NCBI RefSeq assembly: GCF_001194135.2
Contig: NC_068981.1
Span: 128,831,793-128,895,792, forward strand
Direction: 5' to 3'
Origin: Octopus bimaculoides
Taxonomy: Eukaryota
Length of the DNA stretch: 64,000 nucleotides
The notes beneath the pieces were generated by a model. It did not search any database. It saw nothing but the letters and a program-made list of their open reading frames with translations, and had not been told where the DNA came from. This document shows, piece after piece, positions 54,157 through 64,000 of this stretch (the stretch's first letter is position 1; each line of letters opens with the position of its first letter). Position numbers and translations under genes: made by a program.

Positions 54157-54629
54157 NNNNNNNNNNNNNNNNNNNNNNNNNNNNNNNNNNNNNNNNNNNN
54201 NNNNNNNNNNNNNNNNNNNNNNNNNNNNNNNNNNNNNNNNNNNNNNNNNNNNNNNNNNNNNNNNNNNNNNNNNNNNNNNNNNNNNNNNNNNNNNNNNNNN
54301 NNNNNNNNNNNNNNNNNNNNNNNNNNNNNNNNNNNNNNNNNNNNNNNNNNNNNNNNNNNNNNNNNNNNNNNNNNNNNNNNNNNNNNNNNNNNNNNNNNNN
54401 NNNNNNNNNNNNNNNNNNNNNNNNNNNNNNNNNNNNNNNNNNNNNNNNNNNNNNNNNNNNNNNNNNNNNNNNNNNNNNNNNNNNNNNNNNNNNNNNNNNN
54501 NNNNNNNNNNNNNNNNNNNNNNNNNNNNNNNNNNNNNNNNNNNNNNNNNNNNNNNNNNNNNNNNNNNNNNNNNNNNNNNNNNNNNNATACCCTGATGTAC
54601 CCAACACAGCACGATGACTTCTGTTCATC

Positions 54630-54990
54630 CTTATATTTTTACTTGTTTCAGTCATTTGACTGCAGCAATGCTGGAGCACTGCCTTTAGAGGACTTACTCT
54701 TTTGCCGAACCGCTAAGTTACGGGGACGTAAACACACCAGCATCGGTTGTCAAGCGATGTTGGGTGGGGGGACAAACACAGACACACAAACACGCACATA
54801 TATATATACATATACATATATACGACGGACTTCNNNNNNNNNNTGTTGGGTGGGGGGACAAACACAGACACACAAACACGCACATATATATATACATATA
54901 CATATATACGACGGACTTCTTTCAGTTTCCGTCTACCAAATCCACTCACAAGGCTTTGGTCGGCCCGAGGCTATAGCAGAGACACCCGGC
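54630..54990 (-). mobile_element. SINE family B (internal duplication at a small gap)
   Basis: CpG-intact copy. Confidence 0.85.
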
Positions 54991-55149
54991 ATTGCTCAGG
55001 ATTAAAATAGCATAGTTTGTATACAATATATTACAGTTATGTTGAAACAGGTGATATGGGAAAGTGCAGCATTGACTACAAAACATTCGTGGAGTAAATG
55101 ATGGGCTAATTCGACTAAGCAACATGCTATGCGTCTGTTTGGAGTATTT

Positions 55150-55920
55150 CAGGCCCTAACCTTTCAGCGTTATGTAATTTTTGAACGCACTGAGAAGCTG
55201 TCAGTGGATATACTCTCTTTTGCAGCAGTCGGCGCTGTGTCTAACACGATCCTTCATCTGAAATGTGACACCTACATCACTCTTAAAGTAAATTTGGAGG
55301 AACTGTGGTTGTTCATTTGTGGGTAACAGGGAACCAATGAGGTGATAGACTTGCCCTTGAACTTTGACGTTGTCGTAAATTCATGTTTACCTATCTTCTT
55401 AGATGCACCAAACGATGTCATTTGCAGAGTTGTATTGTCTGATATTGTTCAGAAAATCCTTTGACTGGATGGAAATGCCTTCTACAAGATCCATGAGAGG
55501 TTGAGAAGGAGCTGGTAGTGCTGGCAATGTTACCTGACCGCCTGAGCAGCACATACCATTTGTTTCATTTGAAAATTTTAAAGCTCCACAGAAAAGACAT
55601 TTTGTGTTTAGCATACCAATTTGGACAGGGTTATTATTTTTGTAAGAATGGGATTGATCATATCTGAAAATAGCTTCAGGAGGTGTGAAGAACGAATTTG
55701 TACGTGGTCTATTTCTGAGAGCAATTTAATTGGACCTCTGTCTAATCATTAAAACATTGATTTAATGACCAGCATTAAGTGCTGCAACATGCATTTGCTG
55801 ACCTTGAGAAAATCTCATCTAGCTTCTCTCTTCAAACTCTCGCCTTCGGTTTTCTACAATCCTCCTTGTTTTATACTTGTTTCTGGAGAGATTACGTCTT
55901 TTCTTTGGGGTCTTATTTTT
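55150..55920 (-). mobile_element. Helitron Rep/Hel N-terminal relic
   Basis: CLFCGALKFSNETNGMCCSGGQVTLPALP...FLNNIRQYNSA, then KVQGQVYHLIGSLLP...QFLQIYF, both characteristic Helitron motifs. Frameshifted. Confidence 0.85.
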
Positions 55921-56092
55921 CCCAATATTGTAAACAGAAAATTATGAACATAGAAAGAAATTATACATTAATCCCTATTTTGTAAGCAGTTGTATCCGTA
56001 AGAAATTGAAGAGAGCAGAAATTGAAAGAAGAGAAAACGAAAAGAACAGAGAAAGAAAGCGAAAGATGTATGTACGTCTATATGAAATAGAC

Positions 56093-56123
<31 letters not shown>

Positions 56124-56633
56124 CGCGCGTGTGTGTGTGTGCGTGTGTGCGTGCTTGTGCGTGCGTGCTTGTGCGTGTGTATGTGAGAGAGAAAGAGGGT
56201 GAGAAAGAGAGAGTGAGTGAGTGAAGGTGTGTGTCGTGATGATTGATGTCTTTTAAGGTACACACACATATAGAAAATGTGACGTCGTCGTATAAAATTT
56301 TTACGATAGTTGATTTATGGAAAAGATTATGTCAAATTTTTGAAATGCAAATATGTGAATGGAAATTAAGTTTAATTTGTAGCCAAAATAGTACTGAATC
56401 TTTTGACACCCCATACGTCAAAATCTGTAACTCGGTTTTGGAAAGCACAAGGAATATATAATATATAGGACAGTATCTCATATAACAATACAGACGTAAT
56501 ACTGAAATAGTGTAAGAGATAAGAGATTGCTCTAGGCTCGCATTAGGCAAGAAGCTGGAAATTTTTTGGCCCATGACACTGCATGGACCTTGGCTTTTGT
56601 ATTTGACGCCTGTTGCTTTAAGTATTTTATATA

Positions 56634-56667
<34 letters not shown>

Positions 56668-57103
56668 ATTAAGCCAATGAGGCAGACCTCTATATGGTAG
56701 CGAGACCTGGTAGAAATAGCAGCCAAATGTCCCTCAAAACACCCTAGTGTATTAATCCGACAATTCTACCTATTATGTAGTTTGAGTGAGAAACTGTAAC
56801 TAAAGATTAAGATTATTAACCCCACAGAGAGAGGAAAGAAGAGAGACAGCATAGCGACGGTTTTGGCTGACTGTCATCCTGTACTCCCCTTGGTGCTAGC
56901 GAAATGATATGTGCCGGCTGTCTGAGCGACTGGCTGTTTTAATGGCGGGACAAACAGGACATAAAANNNNNNNNNNAAGTTTGCTTTAGAAGCGTTGAGA
57001 TGTCTTAGAAAGTTAAAGAAGTGATTTTAAATTCTCAACGCAGGATAATGCTAATAATATAGCCTGAACAGGATAAGCTACCCCTATTATGCAGAAAAAG
57101 TGT

Positions 57104-57182
57104 TGGTGGCCGGCTATGAGACTCGAAATCACACCTCCGTGATTACGCGTCGCGGTGCTCTGAACCATTAAGCTAATGCAGT
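57104..57182 (-). pseudogene. tRNA-like pseudogene or isolated SINE head
   Basis: D-arm TAGCTTAATGGTTCAGAGC, an extended anticodon arm around CGCGTAA, T-loop TTCGAGT, 3' ...GGCCACCA and a T5 run. The acceptor stem does not pair. Confidence 0.5.
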
Positions 57183-58409
57183 GTGCTCCGGGCAGTCCTT
57201 GAATTTCACGTCCCACCCCCGGACTCCAAGCCTACACAGGCTTATGCAGCAGACCTCCGTACACCCTCATAAAAACGACGGCCGGGACAGACCGCCTTCT
57301 GTGCTACGCTATTGTCTTGATAATAGATGTTAGATTAGATTTAACTTGGAACTACACTAAAATAACCAACTACCCCAATTGGTGCTAATAGGATTTTAAA
57401 ATCATGATTGGAGTATACGTTGTATCTTGAGCTTTCCTGGGTCGTTTTCCTTTAATTTCTACATCAATGCACGTTTATTTTTTCTCTATTACTAACAACT
57501 TGTCTGTTACATTAAGATTTTACAAATGCTGCGCAAATACGCGCACTTGGATGCATGAATGAATGAGTGTATAAATAGATAGATGTGTGTGTGTGTGTGT
57601 GTCTGTCTGTGTATGTGTGTGCGCGCGGGTAATTAAGCTAAAAGTGATAAAATTTCTGATCACCTGGCAGTCGTTTTCTTCCACGGATATCCTGTCGATG
57701 CGTTTTAATTTAATACATTTAAAATGTGTGTGCGCGCGCATATATGTATCTATGGACAGAGAATCGTGTAGGTATCACAGAAAGTCCTTCTAACGAATTC
57801 GGCTATCAGACCACATAGCAATTCAAATGTAATGCAGTGTCCAAGAACTGATATATGTAATAATATTAATAATGCGATGAATCGTCCTTTGTGGTTTATA
57901 CACACAAACACATACACACACATACACACGCACGCACGCACACATACACACAGAGGTGTATATGTACATGGATAAACATATACGTATGTATGCACACTGA
58001 TGTAGGAGTAAAGGTCCGGGTGTATGCGTGTAGGTATTTGTATGTGCACATCCGTGTAAGCATTATGGTCAAATGGTCGTCTTCGACATTTTCAATCCAA
58101 AGGGATTTTTAAACCCAATATTTATACGCTATTATTTATAGTTTACCTTTCAAGATCCAACGTTCTAAAAAGAAAAGAATTATTTCATATGCTATGAAAA
58201 TACACACACACACTCTTACGTACATTCGTAAATGTGTGCGCGCGCGAGTGTATGCTCATATGTATGAGTCCAACATAGATTCAACGGTTTTTATTATATA
58301 AATACAACATATATACAGTATGTGTAGATATCACTGCAACATTTTGAGATACAGTCAGACATTCTTAATATTCAAAAAATAACTTAAAGAGGAGGAGCAC
58401 TAAGCAGGC

Positions 58410-58995
58410 ATAAGTAAAATTGTTTCTTCAACCAGCTCGTAACACCTGCCAAATGTCTGCGGCCGAAGAGAAGGTAACTACTCCGAAATGCTTTCATCTC
58501 ACAGTCTGGGTGGCGCTGCGAGCTGATCTAGATGTATACACACCATTTGTCAATAAACGGAATATATTTTCTGTGCCAACTCAGTAGTAGCTTGTTCACC
58601 GGTTCGAACCTGGCTCAAGTATATTCGCACTGATAATAACATTACAATTTTACTTATCACTGCTTAGCATTCCCCCTCTGTAATTACTTACGGTGAGCCG
58701 CCACACAGCGCTACCAGTTGCCGTGTGGCAACTGGAAAAGCATAAGAGAGTCAGTCTCTTCAATCAGCTCGTAGTGCTGCCTGCCTGGTTTCTGTGACTG
58801 AAGAGAAGATAACTACTCCGAAATGCTTGCATCCCACGATCTGGGTAGGTGACGCTGCTAGCTGATCTGGGGGTATACATACCATTTGTCAACAAACGGG
58901 ATATATTATCCGTAACAAAACACAGTAAGTAGCTTGTTCACTGGTTCGAACGTGCTTCAAGCACATTCAGACTAATAGTAACATTACAATCAATA
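58410..58995. repeat. Diverged tandem duplication with a 335-bp offset
   Basis: GAAGAGAAGrTAACTACTCCGAAATGCTT at 58465 and 58800. The shared blocks continue to ACATTACAAT. Confidence 0.85.
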
Positions 58996-60929
58996 AATAA
59001 CATTTCCATATATTGATTTGTACCACTTAGACTACGCCAGCTACGATAAATTTACCGTGTCACCATAAATGGCATTAACACCTACGTAAACATGGTTCGA
59101 CCTGTCAGATCGGCTGGTGTATAACCTGCAGTGGTGATTCTAAACCATAGCCGATAGATACTCGGTCAGACAACACAAGCAAACCACCATAGTTTCACGT
59201 GATCAGTCTATTAATCGACTAATCAGCGTGAGACTGCTGCGTTATATAGTTTTCTCGAATGTTCTCGTACCCTATAGAAGACCGTTTTGCCATTGTTAAT
59301 CGCAGAATGTTGAAAGCGGCTGAGCGACATGCGCCTCTATTCATGTTTTTCTTTCTATCCCAGTCAGCAAATATTTATGTTGTTCATTGTATTTAACCAA
59401 CACCAAATATATTTATCTCCAACAATAAATATTTCAGTTGAATGTCAGCGAATGTGCTTCAGTTATTATTCACACAACCAAAGAAATATATCTCCATTGA
59501 CCAGCTTAACTCGAGCGACAGCAATCAACTCGTGACAAACCGAATAAACTTTAGACTTGAAAGTAGGTTCGGTGAATTTTCCCGCCAAATAGATCTGCCG
59601 AAAGTTCTAGAAGCTTAACTAAATGCTATAAAAAGTTGGGGTATTGAACTCCCAAGCACCCTCAGGTACAACGCAGAACTTTATCGGGCAGTTTTATGAT
59701 AAGCTGTAAAACATTTGATTTCTACCCCATTTTCGACTATATGTGAATTACGAGTTTATCATGCGTGCAGACCTCGTTTCAGCCAATCAGAACTTTTTGT
59801 TCATATTATAATCACTAAAACTTTCTATGAACGGAGGCTTTAAATAAAGCGTTATTAGCGCGAGAAAAAGCAGAATGAATTGGGACCCAGTTGCTTAAGG
59901 TCCAGGGTGAATTTCTCTCTCGCTAATAGCTGTTTTTCACTCTCCATACTCAACCCAGCGCGTGTAATCTAATAGCTATTTTCACATCTCTATACTCAAC
60001 CCGGAGTTGGATGAAGAATCAACACGACCTCGTGAATATGCATCGTTGTGAAAGATCAGTCTAATTATCAAATTTCTGTAGATCTCCAGCTCCTGTAAAA
60101 CACGATGTTCATATAAGATTGACGTTGCCTGTATGGCAAGAAGCCTTGTACTGATGTAAATGGTGTATATAAACTGACAAGTCTTTTGTCATAACCTCAC
60201 TACAGGTGTTTTCACTCTTTTTATTTATTCTGTCTTTAATAATCATTAACGATTTTCACATAAATAGCTGAATTAGTGTATGCAGTTGTAGCAGAAGTGA
60301 TTTACACTATCATTGTGTGAGATGTTTTCATTTTGACTTATATAGGCTTTACCCAAGTATCGGCTCCACAAGGCCTTTTCATTCCAGCGGTCACATGACC
60401 TCGTGATTAAACGAACCTGTTGTTTGCATTGGTTGGCTTCCAGCTGTCCAATTGCGTTGGTGCAACAGTTTATTTTTCCGTACGCAAGAAATTAATCACC
60501 AGCTTCTAGGAGCCCACTAATCTCAATAAGAACGGTAGTTCTCGACTGTTCTAGGTCTTTGGCACGCGCCACAGACCACACGTAACTCGTCTCCGGTAAT
60601 GATGTTCTGACACCAGCCAGTCTCCGCTTTCATCTTCTCCATGGCGCCTGTCTACATCATGCTGTGATCAACAGATCAACGGCTGCCTCTACACCACCAC
60701 CAAACGGTATGTCAATTTTGTCTACCAAATCAGTCCAGCCTAAACACGAAGTCTCTACTGCTTTATTCAAATAACTGTTGTACATATGTAAATGCAAACG
60801 TTCAGAATAGTAAAAAATATGGAAAGCTATATAAGTATTAGTGTGGTAGAACCTTCAGACGCAGCTACCTAATTCTATATAATACCAACAGCGATTTAAT
60901 GACCAAACCTACTAAATGTGTATCATTTT

Positions 60930-61300
60930 TATCTTTCATCTTTTACTTGTTTCAGTCAGTGGACTGTAGCCATACTGGGGCACTACCTTGAAAGGCATAG
61001 TTGAAGAAATAGAACCCAGTAGTTTTTTTAAAGTCTTTTACTTATTCTGTCGGGTTTTGCCGAACCGCTAAGTCATGAGTACGAAAACAAACCAACATTG
61101 GTTGACAAGCAGTAGCGGGTGGCAAACATAAATACAAAGACACCCCCACACACACATACATATATATCTGTCTACCAAACTCACTCACAAGACACAGGTT
61201 GGCCCGAGACTATAGACTATAGTAGAGAACACTTGCCCAAGGTATTGTACAGTGAGACTGGACTCGAAACCTCATAGTTGCAAAGTGAGACGTGCTTGTG
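60930..61300 (-). mobile_element. SINE family B, diverged
   Basis: Tail, core and head recognisable. Confidence 0.75.
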
Positions 61301-62267
61301 CCTCTTAAGCATACACGCATGCCTGCACTTATACATTTTCTCTTTTTTGTTTGGTTTCACTTTTTTGTTGTTGTTTTTACCAGAAACAATACTATATGTC
61401 CAGAAAAATATATTAAGTGTATATTTCAGATATAAATGTTTTGTTAAAATGTTCCATCGTTCGCATTACTATTATTATGTCTCACCTACATGAGACTGTG
61501 TTTTGGCAGAATAATAAGAGGCACAAGAGACAATATGCGGTATTTCTTTCGATTTATATCATGGGCTCGAATCCTACCGAGGTTGGTATCTTTTTTTTTT
61601 TCCATCCTTTCAGAATCGCTTTAATAAAATACCAGCCAAGTACTTGGGCATATTTAAATTACTTGTCATCTCCACCTGGTTTTGTGACAATGTTGGAATC
61701 AGTTACTGATATCTATGTGAAGTATTCAATTACCAGACTCGTTAAAACGTTGATATTTGTTCCGCTCTCTGCGTTCTGTCTACAAATCTCACTAAGGTCA
61801 GCTTTTGTCGTTTATTCTTTCGAAGATCGATAAAGAATGTATCAACCGAGCACTGGTGTAACCCTTTCTCTTTCTGGCTGTCGGATCCTGGACGTTCCAC
61901 TGGGTCAATGGCGAGAGGAAGAAAAGTGGGGGAGTCTTCGACCGCTTGCGTCAATATGGACTCCTAAGACAATAAGCGAAAGCATAGTACATGCAGGTAC
62001 TAAGTCATCCTTGATGCTGAATGACAACAATAGTTTCGTTTAATGCCTATACTGATATACGCACATGCATATATGCGTGTGTACGCATAAAGTTCGAATT
62101 ACTTTGATGGAAAAGTGGTTAAATATTTGTGAGGTTAGAAGCATTAGAGATACAGCGAAATGAAATGGCACCAATTTGGAATCGAAATCAGATGATGAGA
62201 GTTCAAGACTCTCCACAATTATCACATCTGGACTCGAAGTCAATGTTTATAAAGTAAGAGAAGTAAC

Positions 62268-62782
62268 GGTGTCACTTTAGCGTGTGTTTATTTGGCCATT
62301 TACACTTTAGTGTACAGTCTAACCTTAACCCTAACTCTAAACCTAATTCTAAACTCTAACCCTAAACCTTAATCAGAAGCTAGCCAGATCCTAAAGTTAA
62401 GGGGAGCGAGTACATGAAAAAAAAAAGGCACCGTGACACATAGCAAGTAATTTTTAGCTCATTTCTCTTATATTACGTGAAATATTTCATTAGTTACAAT
62501 ATATGTAATTGTATTCTACATTCATTAATTTCATGTTTCAGTAACAATGTCAATATGTATGAAACTTACAACTACTGATATACATAAGTGAAGAATTTTA
62601 AAAAATTGTTGAAAAGGTGCTAATTTTGAAAAATTTGTTCGGGGAAGGTCGCCCCCCTGCTCCCCTATTAGCTACGCCACTGATCCTGATCTTACACCGA
62701 AATCCTAATCCTAGCCCAAATCAGATTATTTCACTGCGTAAAATACAGACATAGCGAAAGACCGCACGCTAAAGTAACATCG
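62268..62782. mobile_element. MITE with TIRs and degenerate (CCCTAA)n-like interior, plus a nested insert
   Basis: GTGTCACTTTAGCGTG ... CACGCTAAAGTAACAT. Telomere-like hexamers at 62318-62375 and 62700-62720. Confidence 0.55.
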
Positions 62783-63577
62783 AAACGATATTGTTGATGG
62801 AATGTATTCCGGTGTTATTTCAGTATTTGATATATTAACAGGGTGAAGTGTACGGCAAATTTTACTCCAACGAGCCTAAATCAGAATATTTAGGGCAGCA
62901 GCAACAACAATCACAATAATGATAAAAACGTTGTTGTTGATAATAAAACGAAATATTTTATTTCAAACCTGAATTTACAGAGGTAATTATTTCGCCTTCA
63001 ACATGAGATTAAAGAGGTATTTAACATTTCAATCACTGTCACGAAAACATTAACAATACTAATCAAAAGGTAGTATTATCTGTAGTAATTTACATGGCAT
63101 TATCGTAATTAATCTGATTATAATAGACTTGAGTATGATGGGTATAGTTAATGATACAGTGGTTTGCTAAGGTACAACTTAATGCAATTGGAGAAAGCCT
63201 TTTTTAAAGAAGATATGTTGGGCTTATGTGTCTGACCTAGTAAGAATTGAAAGGTTGAATTCTAATTTCAAGGTGAATTAACGGAATGCAGCGTAGGATT
63301 AAGCACATATTTCTCAGAGATGAGGTTAAATAAATTAATAATTATATATACATATATTATGCATACTCAAAAAGGTATACATATATCATGCGTGCATACA
63401 TACACACATGCACTCACATATAGACACTCACACATAGACATACACTTGTACACGTAAATATATGCAAGTACATATATATATATATATGTATAGGAGAATT
63501 CACGAAAAAACAACAGACGAAGACAGGTGGTGTAAACAAATGGATATATTAGTATAACGCTCGGAAATAGAGAAAGT

Positions 63578-63613
63578 CTTTAACGTTTCGAGCCTACGCT
63601 CTTCAACAGAAAG
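63578..63613 (-). ncRNA. Penelope-type minimal hammerhead ribozyme motif in a solo terminal repeat
   Basis: CTTT-CTGTTGA-A-GAGC[GTAG]GCTC-GAAA-CG-TT-AAAG: 4-bp stem I, 4-bp stem II and self-complementary AACGTT in place of stem III. Confidence 0.65.
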
Positions 63614-64000
63614 GAAAACAGAAAGAAACAAGGAGAGGAAAAAAATGTGTAGTAACGCCGTGCGCATGCGTAGAATTAAACAACCAAGCGTTTCCCGCTC
63701 AATTCATTCTCTTTCTCGCTGGCCAGCGATTGAGCATGGACGTGTGTTTAAGCTGTCTCTCTACATCTTTCGGACTTACACTCGACAGCTCGCTCACAAC
63801 TACAGAACAACGTCCCAACAACTATGCTCATACAATCAGAAGCTGTAACAACAAGAACTAAAGATATGTATGTTTACCACCTAAATAAAGTATTGTTTAA
63901 GTTGATAGTCTGGAGTTCAGCGTTCCGTTATATTCTTTAATTACATAGTAGGAAAGTCAGGTATACAATCTAAAGATGTATAACCTACATTCCTCTATAA

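Noticed and set aside
54586-54600. cag|GG TAT (W-Y) next to a gap, and a similar tag|GG TAC at 59270, as possible USP exon 2 starts
   Set aside because: Both lie upstream of exon B with no matching first exon. The first has a poor pyrimidine tract and the second reaches a stop after 17 codons.

Overview
AT-rich animal genomic DNA with many N gaps, dense microsatellites and interspersed repeats. The repeat families look like those of coleoid cephalopods, most likely Octopus (inference from repeat pattern, not a database hit). There are no prokaryotic systems, rRNA or CRISPR arrays. The only confidently recognisable cellular coding sequences are two paralogous minus-strand first exons of universal stress protein (UspA-like) genes, at 9532-9595 and 51903-51969. 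Both end at the same phase-1 GTAAGT donor, and I could not find their downstream exons in the sequenced part of the window. The rest is mostly TE debris: at least three tRNA-headed SINE families, RTE, CR1/L2 and L1/Tx1-type LINE relics, two Penelope-like fragments, mariner and Helitron relics, a Helentron-like element and several MITEs. Notable structure includes Penelope-type minimal hammerhead ribozyme motifs, two long perfect hairpins, a diverged tandem duplicate with candidate RNA structure, and a CpG-depleted domain (about 11-50 kb) that suggests a methylated gene body with only weakly supported exons. Repeat boundaries are approximate, read by eye.
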